A DNA stretch of 64,000 nucleotides, taken from NCBI RefSeq assembly GCF_001949145.1, contig NW_019091356.1, positions 3,950,934 to 4,014,933 of the forward strand, given 5' to 3'. Origin of the DNA: Acanthaster planci. Lineage: Eukaryota. The position numbers were made by a program, and so were the translations under genes. Shown here in pieces: positions 50,301 through 62,300 of the stretch (positions are counted from its first letter, which is position 1; the number at the start of each line of letters is the position of its first letter). Under the pieces are notes generated by a model. The model ran no database searches. It was not told the origin of the DNA and worked only from the letters and a program-made list of their open reading frames with translations.

Positions 50301-53300
50301 ATGGCAAATAGATAACGCAATTTGAATAAAGGCAAAAGAATTTTGTTATTTAAAACCACATACATGTAGGATTGTCTGGAACTTGATATCAGATAATAAG
50401 ACCCTTTCTTGATAACTAAACTTACTGTTTGATCAACTGGACTTTTACAAATGTGGCGAGTGTTTGAATCCAGGACTGATCCCCAATGTTGTCATTTAGT
50501 AACTTTTCACAATCTATTTAGGAGTGCTGGTCATTTCAGTGGTGAGTAATTGTGATGTTGCCTGGTTTTACTCTGAATTACGGAAACACATTCAACTGGG
50601 GACGGTCTTTTCCTTGTCTCGCTGTGTGTCACATGTCATTTATTTCTCACTCCTGATTCATGTTGGTGGCATTCAGGGGATGGAAGGGATGGGACAGCAT
50701 CCTTGGTTGAGGTTTTGCTACTCCTGTGGGGAAATAGAGATTCATTCCCCAACCTCAGTGGCGTCAGGGTTTAAAAAGGAAAGATGGGCTTAATAGGGAA
50801 AAATGGCGGATCAGTTGGTCTGAGCTACAGGCTGTGGTTTGATTGAGGGTGGCCTTGATAAATTTTGTACTCTGTGCCGCTGAAATTGTTCTGTGCTGCT
50901 TGAAGCTGTTGTCTTTGGTAACTCTGGAAGGGGATCCTTCTCCCTCCTCGTGGTCATCATTTCTACAATTTCACTTTAAAATATTCTTTCACTTCTATTC
51001 TAAATCCTTACGTACCTTGGCGCGGTAGAAAGACCTTGTGCATATTATGTAACAGCTGTGTGCTCATCCATTCTTTTTTTTGAGCGAGTTTCATTTGATT
51101 AAAGATCTTGCTTCCATTTTTCAATCGTTTGTTTTCAGAACGCGCTTTCATCTCTCCGTTCCCTTGTTTAATACCGCTTCCTCTTTCTTGTTTCCTTAAA
51201 CATTTTTTGCTGGAAACTGCATCCCTCACCTTCACGATGCAGTTTCTGACTGATGTTTCCTGTGTGGTGCATTTTCTTGTCTTTGGCAGAAATCCAAATT
51301 AAGTCCGATGCCAACGGCAGAGGCATCGCTTGGCACGGATGGTGCCAGGCTGGTTTCAGCGCCGAGTACACCGCAGACGGAGAAACCCTGATGGTAGGAG
51401 CAGTGGGATCCCTCGCTTGGCGAGGTAGGTTTGAGTTTTGACTCAGAGGAAGAATTCATGCCAACAGCACATTTTGGCCCACTTACATTGAAAGTGCGCA
51501 CCCACGTTATTCTGCACTGCGAAATACGCAAAGTGACCTCAAGCTTGTATCCATCACCGTATCTGCCTTGAGCATAAGCACCCCCTCATGGGTTTGAGTA
51601 GAGGCATGCTTGTTGGCAGTGTTCACTTTGTTGATAGTGATGTGACCGTAAGATGTGCATTTAATAGTCGTTCGTGAACCAGCGCAATTGAGTTCCGACT
51701 AAAGGAGCCTCTGTTGATGGGTAATTCCAGAAATTAGGGGTCCATGTTTTTTCATATCCCTGTCACATCTTACATGTGATTTTGTGAGTTCAGAACACAT
51801 TTTCTAATTTCCAAGATGATAAATTAATGCAAATTACCTGCCAGACAAATAATAATAGTTTGAAGTCAATTCCGGTGATATTTCCATATCAAATAATAAA
51901 GGTCAGATATAATTTCTGGAATGACCCGGCTAAGAAATTGCACCATCTCTTGGTCCAACTTCAGGCATGTAGGGTTTGGTTATTGCTGTTGAAGAGCTTG
52001 GAGCTTGACAGCTAATTTTGGTTTTGGGGGTGGGGGAGGGGACCAATTACCTCAGAGATAAAATTGAGTGCAACGTGATTCAGGAGTTCCCTTTTATATT
52101 AGGCACACCTTGAGGGTTTGGCATTTGGCTTAAGGTGAGGTCAGAAGAAGGCATGCTTCCTTTGTTGGCGAAGTTTCAGAGAGTGACACACCAGCCATGA
52201 TTTGCCAAAAAAACAAAGAAAGAGAAAAAAGAAAAGATCACCAGAAAACCTTGAGGTTGTGTGGCTGGCTGAAATAAAACAATGACTCCTCTTTCATCTA
52301 CAAGTATTTGTCATGCACTTCTGACTGTAACACCAAACTTGGCATTTTCCACAAACCAATAAATGACACAACAATCTCCCTTGCATTGCCTGTCATTTGA
52401 GTAGGATCTCATTTTCTCTTAAAATCTTTGTTTTGTAGGAAGTGTTGTGTCTATTGATAACACAAACGCTATGAGGATGTCTGATGTGACTACTTGGTAC
52501 CCGACTGGGGAGGAGGATGAAAGTTACATAGGTATGATGTAAGATAGGGAAAGAGGTTGAGAGTTGTAGATGGGTATGATGAAAGAATATGTACGTGTAT
52601 GCCACATGGACTTAAGGAGTACAATGGTGTATGCGAGCTCTTGTTTGTTAACCCTAACAGTCTCGAATCCTCCAATTTCACTATGATTTTACATACACCC
52701 TAGGGGGTTAGGAATCTATGCTTTCTAAAAATTGCAAATAGTACCTTTTCCCCCAAATGTGTCTGATTGAGCTTTCGTTTCCATTTTCTCTTAAAAACTT
52801 CCCCAAATTTCATATTTTGGGTGAAAATTCGTATTGCAGCTTTAGACTTGAATGTTTACTCGAACCTTTCTCACGAGTGACTTTTAAATGCGATGGTCTG
52901 GGTACATGTGCTATTTGCTGCTGTTTTTTGGCGTATATGTGTGCCTTACAGTTTCTGAAGAGAGTCACAGAAGTTGTTTTGTTGCCAAATTTTTTACCAG
53001 CTCAGCCCAAGAGAAGTGCAGTAAACCCGGTTTTTGTCTGCTTATCCTGATAAGGTCAAATACCTTCTACATGTACATTTAAGCGACGTGTTGCTAATCG
53101 CAAAGACAGGAAACATTCTCACGATTCCACCCAGCCCTGGTTGGGGGGGGGGAGTGACTGTATAAGCACAGGCAGGATATAGGAGGCAGCCAGATAGTCA
53201 ACTCCTCTTAGGTACTTGGAAATCTGTGCTTGGCGATAAGAAACAAACTGAAGACCAGTGTTCAGGATAGAAAAAATGCAATCTGATTATTGTTCACTTA

Positions 53301-56300
53301 AAAGGATGCAACATTCCATCCGATCTCAGCTTACAGTTCTTCGAGCACGGACCTCTATTTTTGTCTTGATTTGCCCACAATTGTTGACACTCCTGGTTAA
53401 TATCAAGTTTTACTCTTGTATAAATAGATCTTTTCTTTCTTTCGTAAGCAACAGTCGCACAAAAGTAATGATGCCCGTCAATTTCCAGAAGGGATGGCCT
53501 TAATAAAACTTTTGTACAAATTTGTTGGATATTATTCTTTTTCTTTGGTCTAGGTTATGCTGTAACGTCGGGTAACTTTGTGTCGAAGTCAACAACCCAA
53601 GGTGCCGCGGGGGCTCCCAGAGCTTATCAGAAGGGCAAGGTGTATATCTATGATCTACAGGACTTTACACTTCTGTCGCAGGTGGTCGGCGAAATGGTAA
53701 ATCTCTGATTAGACATGCACATAGTTGGAGCTTTGATGCAAAATTGCATGTACCTGCAGCTGTGATAGCTGTTGCTAGAATGTATCATGTGGCCAATCTT
53801 CCTGCCTGAGTTACTGTCTCATCTGGCAGAGTCACTTAGGAGTGGCTGAAACTGGTTTTGAGTTAAAACGAACCACACAGTCAGCTGCCCTACCCATGAT
53901 AGCTTCAGTGTCATACTGGCCAGAGTTGCCAAGTAAAGTAGCATGAATCACAGACAGGCTGTCAGCAGTGTGAAACAAAAAGGATACACATTCCAAAGCC
54001 CCAATAGAGGGTTTGCATTACTGCCATCTTGCAGGCCAGTGCTTTTGGAGTTTTCCCTGTGGAACAAAAGAACTGCCCTGCAAGATGTAGTGTCAAGGTT
54101 CTTGTGGTCATGGAGAGAGGTGACATCCTGGAATCATGTTGTCGGAAAGAAAAGTTCATGAATGATGTAACGGAAAACTTATGTAAATCAAGATCATGCA
54201 TGGGTTATTTTTGATGGGCTGCTTTGAGATAAAGAACTTTTTTATAAATACTACTGATGACACCACATTTGCTTGTTGAAGGGTTCCCACGGCCCGGAAA
54301 AATCATGAAAAAGTTATGGAAATTGTGTTCGTTTTCCAGGCCTGGAAAAGACGTTGAACTTTGTCAAAAAGACTAAAGTCATGGAACTTCTCAAACACTG
54401 TGTGATTTCTATCATCAGAAAAAGTGCACAAAATGTGTGATTTTATTTTCTAATTTGAAAGTCTGAATAGTCCAAGAAACTGCATTATTGCGTCATGTAC
54501 CAGTATTTTCTTAATTTGGTCATTTAAAAGTCATGGAATTGTCCTTTAGGTGCAGGAATCCTGTTATTGGCAGAGCATAGGATATTTCAACAATTCAGGA
54601 TTTTGATAGACAAATTTGACATGCACTGTCATTGTCCAGCTGCCCACCTTCAAACCACCTCAGTTTGCAATTCAGTAAAGCACCTTCCACAATTCTTTTG
54701 ATGCATTCATGAATGGTTTTGTTAAAATTAAATTTCTTTTCCTAATAGAGTTCTCAGATCTCGGTTTTTAAGCACACTAGTTGGAGCCAGTTTGCATCTG
54801 GATCACAGCTTTGAATCTTTACTGATTAGCATTGCAGCTGGTGCAGAACATTTCTTCCATCACGTGTCTCCGTAGAATATGGACATGTTTCTGTCAAAAT
54901 AACATGAAGAATAAGCTCTTGAAATTAATGGCCTTTCCTGAAGTAGTTTATAAGTCTTGACTCAATCACTTTAGTGAAAGCCTCTTTTCGTGTATCTGGG
55001 TTCCTAATTTTGAGGTCTATGTTCCTCTAATGTACTTTACCGTTGGCACACAATGTGCCATTGATTTCCCAGCACCAGCCTTGGCGGTATCCAGACTTTC
55101 AAGCACTTTTCGTTAACCGATCAGAGGCTGGTGATTTATGCACATGCTCGACTGAGATGCCGAGATAGGAATCATGTGGCCTGCTAGCAATATGTTGTCA
55201 CTGCCTTGTAAATTTGAAAATTACTCTGTGAGACTTGGATCCCATCATTTTGCCTGGAGTGGGATCTGAACCTGTGATCTCTTGGACCCTGTACCGGTGC
55301 TCCACCGACGGAGCCTCCTAGCCCCATGTTGCTTGTCATCCTGATTTGTCCCTGTTTTTATCCACGAGCTGGTTATCTCCCTTGGTTGAACATCGCTCTG
55401 GTATTACACAGGTTCTAGGTTCGAATCCTGCTTCAATCAATTTCTCTTTCCGATGTCCATTCCCCACCATGCTTTGATTAGTCGATCCCGTCTGTCGTTT
55501 CAGATGGGTACCTATTTTGGTGCAGCTGTGAGAGGGATGGATCTAAACAATGATGGTTTGACTGACCTTCTTGTAGGAGCACCGCTCTACTCTGTAACGC
55601 AGGATGAAGGCAGAGTGTACATATACATTAACGATGGTAATGTAAGTATGGGGCTCTACATTATCTAAAGTTTTTTGTTGACGCCTTGCCAATTTCGACA
55701 AAAAAAATAACAGTGGTTACATTTCCTGTGATGGTGTATACATTCAACTGTGATATTTTTAGGAAAATTGAAATTCAATGCATTTTAAATTTTGGAAAGC
55801 AGGGAAAATACCTGGAAAATCCAAATATTGCCCATGAGCCAAAAGTTATGAAAGATTATAATTTCCTAGTGTGAAAGCCACAAATTCAGGCAGGGTTTTT
55901 CCTCAAAAAATCACTTAACTTTTCTTTGAATTATTTAAAATCACAGCAAGATTAGATTGAAAAATTCAGTCTTCCCCAAATTTTTCTTGATTTTTTTCTG
56001 TGAAAAAAGGATTGAACAAGAAATATTGAATTGGACCAATGGAAGAACTAAAAATAAAAAAAATCTTTGAATCGTTGCAGGCCATCATGCGAAAGTTGCC
56101 CGACCTACTGTCAGGCTCCAATGCTGCGAACGCCAGGTTTGGGTCTGCCATTGCTGACTGCGGCGATCTAAACAGAGATGGCTTCAACGGTGAGATCATG
56201 TCAGGTTTTAATTGGCTCGGCAGTTGTCTGGATTGTTGCACTGACTACCTAGACAAAGTTTGTCATGAGTTGAAGTTGGGTGGAAGGTTTTCACAGGTTG

Positions 56301-59300
56301 ATTTTTTTTTTCATGTTGTTGTGGTGGAGGGGTTAAGAAATTGGGTTTCCAGCCATTGGCCCTTGGGTTTGGGAGAGGGCACTTGGATATACAATATAAA
56401 TAGTATTCGTTCTCCTAGAGTTAGGGTGCATATGCCTATTGATTTGGCGTAATGATATCATGTAGAGTACTGCCAAACAAATGATATTGAGATTTCTGTG
56501 TTTCTTTTTTTTTTTATTTTCCTTCTTGAGGGTGGCAATTTCCCTGCCGTAGCCCATAGACTTCAAATCTGGTGTCCTAAGTCAGAATCCTCATTATGTG
56601 TTACAGATGTTGTAGTCGGTGCACCCTTTGAAGATGACACCAGCGGTGCAGTGTACATCTATCATGGTGGGGAGATGGGGCTCAAGACCACCTATGCTCA
56701 GGTGTGTGCAGATGTGACCTAGTTTTATAAACTGACCCCTTTCCAGAAATAGCTACATGTAAATAGTGCAGCTTCTTTGACAGAAATGCCAACATTCTTT
56801 CATAGATTGTTGTTGTTTTGCGTGTGATTTACATTGTAAATGCACAGAGAATCCATTAGATTGTTAGAGTTACAATGTAGTAGAATTTTGTGCATTATTT
56901 TGGTTACACTTTAAAAAATTCCGTGTTTCCTCTGTGTCCTTCAGAAGCATTAATCTAAGTACTTTTCTTTTTGACACCTGACCTGACCTTACAGAGGCTG
57001 TCTGGGCATTCCTTCATCCCACACCTCAAATCGTTTGGCAGTGCGATATCGGGCGGGGTAGACATGGATGGCAACAGCTACCCGGATCTGGTAATTGGAG
57101 CCCATCAGAGCAACAAGGCTGTGCTGTACCTGTAAGTGTGTCCGTGATTATTGTATCAAGTCCAGCAATGTACGCTTGATCTTCCAACCGAGTCCGATTT
57201 GTGGTAAGCGGCGAAGGTTGCTTAGCAGAGAAGTATACGCTCAGCACACAATCTGGTTGCCAGTCAAGTTCGGATGCAATGCATTGTTGACATTAACTGG
57301 TTTCCAGCAAATTTGTGATAAGCAAGAACATTGACAAGCTATATTTTTCTGGAACTGCTGATCCAAACAACAAATCCAATCAGCAACCTACCTACTTGGA
57401 CCCTTGTACCTCATTGAAATTGTAAGACGCTCCACTTTTCTTGTTTCACTTCATGTGGACCAGGACCACACGGTGCCGAAGAGCCGAATAGTTTGGCTCT
57501 TTTTGTACCCTTCCGAAACGTTGGGTCAAACCCTGGCACTTTTGCTATCTAGTGACAGCTTAGCTGAGTCCGGTTTTCTTGAAATTCTCATTTTATTTTC
57601 GTTTGATAAAATGCACAGAAGCAGACCGGTCATTAAGATGGAGGCGTCCGTTGTCGTGCAAGGCACACCCATTGATCTCAACCGCACTGCGTGTCTGTTT
57701 CAGGGCCGACCGGTACCCTGTGTTTGGGTTCAACCTTGCTTCATGTATAGTGGCGTAGGTTTACCGAAAAATGTCGGTAAGTCAAACAATTGGAGTCACA
57801 CCTTAATAGAGAATATTCATGATTTCAGATTTCAGTGTATTACTTAATTGGTGCGTGTTTACATGTCTGGTTTTCCACCTCCTCAGCCATAAATTTCACT
57901 CTGGAGGCTGATGGACTCAAGAGACAGACTGGTCTTCCGGGCCGGGTCACTTTTGTTGAGAACGGCATCCGTCGTGGGAGCACCATCTCCCACAACTTAG
58001 AGCTGCGACCGAATCTGCCCACGTGTTTGCCCAGGGAGGCTCATATTGATGTGAGTTCTCAGACATTGTTAACATCAAGAAGATGACGTTGGCATGTTTG
58101 CTCATGTACTGTGGATATCAAACAAGGTCACATTTAAGGAGAGGGCTTGCGTTGACACCATGTGGATGAATCTCTTTTAGAAGAGGTATGGTTCTGATAG
58201 GAACCAGTGAGTGGGTACTCAATGTTTCGAGCAGTGTGCTGTGGTCATCCGCTATCCACATGGTATCTCCACATGCCCTCTCCTTAGACTGTTCTCCACT
58301 GTACAAAGCTTCAGACTTTATAAAGGTCGAATTTCTTCAAGCCAAGATTCTGGGCCTACAGTGATACAATAACAACTTCGTTTGTTGTTTCCTCACAAAA
58401 CTGTTACTGTCAACTCTAAACCTCACCAAGCATTAAGCACTTGTTAGCCAGCCAAGATGCCATTTGTATCATACTGACCCGTAGCTGGTGTCCCGATGCG
58501 CGGATGCTTTTGCCTGTGAATTTTGCCAGTAGCCAGAGATAATTGGAGAGTGCTGAGGCAAGCAACAAATTCCACTTAGCAACAAAAGTCGTCGGAGGAC
58601 CAGTCAGCAACCAAACAAACAGCTTCGCTCACTTGTCCGCAACATTTTCTTGCTAAGCCAAACTTAGCTGCTTGTGTTTTTATATTAAAACATAAAATCA
58701 TTTTCAACATTTTCTCCCCTGTTTTCTAGGTCAACATGAAAGACTACCTCAGCTCTCTGCCTTTCCGTTTGACCTTTGACATCAGGACAGCAGAAAACTC
58801 AGATGGTCCGCCGATAACTCAGTGTAGTGGATTATGCCCCATTCTTGATATGTATTCGCCCAGTAAGATTGTAGAACAGGTGAGATACGTGAAGATCTAA
58901 ATCCACACGTTATCCCTGTATCGCTGGCAGATATCAAGTCAGAGTACAGAGTACAGTTATTCTCTGCTAGTTTTGGAAATTTGTTTCCTGCCGTGATGAT
59001 CAAAGTTTGAATCCTGCCTGGTGTGTAATGTTTTCAGTTCCTACCTGATTCTAGAGTTTTCCCAAGAATATTTGTTACTTTCCAAAACTCAACAAGTCAT
59101 CTGCTTTCTGCTGAAAGCCATTAAGACTCAGAATACCCGGTCTCTTCACCAGGATACAGAAACCAGAATGTTATTGGAGATGCTCCTCCTGTTGGGATTT
59201 CAAAGCCCTTGTTCGTATTACCATTTTATTTTTGTTCGCTTTCAGGTTGGTTTCATTTTCAACTGTGGTGAGGACTCTATCTGTGAGACGGACCTTCGCT

Positions 59301-62300
59301 TGCAAGCAGCGTTACATCCCGCAAGGTATGACGTACCTGCAACCTTTATTCATAAATTCGGAAGACAGTCTCCCTGTTCAGCAACGTGCAACTTGACCGT
59401 GTAATAACATTTGATGATGCCCGCTGAGAAGCGATAATGCCTGCTGCATAAATCACGAGGTGGCACCTGGATACAAGACAATTCAAAAAAATGGGATCTG
59501 ATTGGTCAAGAGTCTGTAAGCACACGGCTCGCCACACGCGCACCGATTGGACAATTTGCACAAAGAATAAACCATAAAATAGCTGGAAACTGAACGTAAA
59601 ATTCGTGAACAAAATTGCTGAAAAACCATCATATATTGACATCTTTTGACTCTGACTAAAAAAGGTATTTATCAGAGCAGCTCAGGAGACTGAATGCTGA
59701 TAATGCCCTTGGCTTTGGCTCAGGCATTCGCATCCATTCTCCGGAGCCAGTCTTAAGCGCACGTTTAAGACCAGCCAAGCACAGATGGATTCCCCCAGAA
59801 ACACATACCACTAATGAATGAATTCCTGTACAGTAAAAAGACTCTTTAATTTTTGTCAATAAATTTGTGAACTATTTGTTGACTGTTTTGTAGGGGTACG
59901 TCTTACATATCCTACGGCAATGAGGAGAACCTGTTTGTTGATATTACGCTGACCAATCACGGTGAAGAAGCCCATTTGGCGCAGGTCATCATCACACATC
60001 CCGAAGACATCACTTTCGTCCGTGTGGAAAGTAACAGGGTGAGTCAGTACACGTATTTCTCCTCCATGAACAAAGCTTCCCAGAAACAAAGTCCGCTAGA
60101 CTACGTTACTAAACATTAGACTACTTACTTTCACCTTCATTCAGTGTCTGTATTTTAATTGTTTTGTGAGATCAAGTTAAAGTTGTCCTTTTGAGTTACC
60201 TTACTGAACTTTTTTTCCCTCCAATTTTAGAGGAAGGAAACGATAGTGCTCTGCGGGCCAGAAAAAGGAGAAAACATGACAGCCATGGTGGTGTGTGATG
60301 TGGACAACCCTATGAAAGCTTTTTCCAAGGTGAAAGATGAAGTTTGGTTTTTAAATCATCACTCTAAAGCTGTCTCTAAAAACTAATGAAGTATGTTGTA
60401 AGTGGAGGGATGTTTATGGTGTGCAGTACTGAAGTAGCTCCCGGTTCAAATTGTAGAACAATCTCTGATGTTTGTTTTTCACAGAGTTCATTCAGAGTGA
60501 AGCTCTTTATTCCGTCTTTGACGTATGAGACCACCAATGTCCAGATCACGGTAGAGGCCCGAACGACAAGTACGGAGGCCAACAGCACACTGCATGATAA
60601 CAAGAAGGAGATGAGCCTGCCTGTCAAAGTCGAGGGAGACGTCACCATATCTGGGTAGGTGGTGTTTTTTGTTCTTAATTGACTGGATGGTTGGAGGTGC
60701 TGTTCAAAGTCCCAGGCACCGAGTTCTGGATTTTTTTGACATTATGATAGCATTTCTTCGTAGTGAAGTGCTGTGCTGAAGCATTATACAGTGGTGGCTG
60801 CCAGTTTACAACAGAATGTGCACAAAGGCTCTGTTGCAGTTTATTTCCCTTTGTACTCACTTTGATTAGAGTGTACTTGATTAGAGTGTACTTGATTAGA
60901 GTGTGAGGGTTAGTTCATATGTAGGCCAAAACAAAAAGCAAGGCAGAAAGTGATCAGGGCAAACGTTGGCAAACTGCCAAATTCACGGTAACATTTGCTG
61001 TTACCCGACAAGTGTAGTGCTCTTGGTATTCGTGGGACATAAAAATCAAAATTAATTCAGGGCCGTAATGCTAACCCCCAATGTACAGTATTCCTGACTT
61101 GTACAAATTTTGGTGGGTGCCAAATTACATGTAGCAGTCTGTAGAGAACAAGGTTCCAGGGCTAATTATAGAGGTTTCGTCACTCCTGAAAAAAAAAAGA
61201 AGCCAGACTACACTGGAGTGTGAGATGACCCATGTGGCCTCCAGCGTAACACAGGAAGTGATTGACTTCCTTCACGTCTTCCTTTGTCATCTACTTCCGT
61301 TGCTGTCCTGGCTGCGGTTGAAGATTAAAGCCTGAACCCGTTGTTTTCATTGAAAGAATTGTCTTTTTTTACATTTTCTTTTTATAGTAAATGCAATATT
61401 GCAAGATGGTATGATAAAGACATTTGTAAAAAGGGAAATTTGAAAGACTGGTTTAGTCACAATTGTAGTTTTTCTGAATGAAATTTGAAATTACCCTTAA
61501 CACTGCCTCGGGTGTTTTGCTCGGAACTTCTCTAAAACTTTCAAAGAACATCAAGGAGCATGTCAAGTAACAGGCTGGCTGGACAGTCCCAGGTCCATCA
61601 CAGTCGAGCAACATTTATTGGATCATAGATCTGAGAGGATTAAAGGGGAAGATAAAATGAGCCCGAAGGTTGCAATTAGGAATGGAGGGCACTTAAACTT
61701 GTGTCAGGCTATGAGTCAGAACAAAGGAAGTGCAGTGGTTGGATTGATATCATAGACATTGTCAGATTGTTTTGTATTTGTCTGAAATAACAAATGAAAG
61801 TCAGACACATTACAATGGGTGGAAACCAGTTTGATGATAAAGAATTGGTCTATCTTAAAGATGCTATATTGTGGATTCAGTCGAGGTGCCTTTTGACATT
61901 TTTCAAATAGTGCCATCCAGCAACACCAAGGAAGTCCCAGGAGGTGGTAATTGTGCTGTCTTGTCCATGATTGATTAACGGTGGTAGGGGTCCGTTGCAA
62001 TGACCTGACATGAGGTCAGGGGTGACATGTGCATTACGGTGCAATAAGAGTGCCTCTTTAAGGCATTGTTCTGTCTTTTGTTCATGTAATTCGCTGGATA
62101 TGCCAAATGTTAGAAATAACAAGGATTTCTAGTTTGGTCCAGCCTTCACATCCTTGAGGTTTTTGCGGGATTAGAAACAATAGGGCTGGAGGAGGAAGAT
62201 ATCAGTCATCGACCTTGGTTGACCTTGGCTGACCTTGGTTGACCTTGGCTGACCTTGGTTGACCTTGGCTGACCTTTTAACGAAACCCAGTGAATCTTCA

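Noticed and set aside
41307..51289. Hidden alpha-I domain or third exon-4 variant in the 10-kb intron, which lies near the position where alpha-I is inserted in chordate integrins
   Set aside because: No DxSxS/vWA-like or CxHRW exon was seen, and exon 4 joins exon 5 in frame as in alpha-4/9. The gap cannot be read.
55366..55450. Functional tRNA gene
   Set aside because: Only the B box is intact; acceptor and anticodon stems do not form convincingly.
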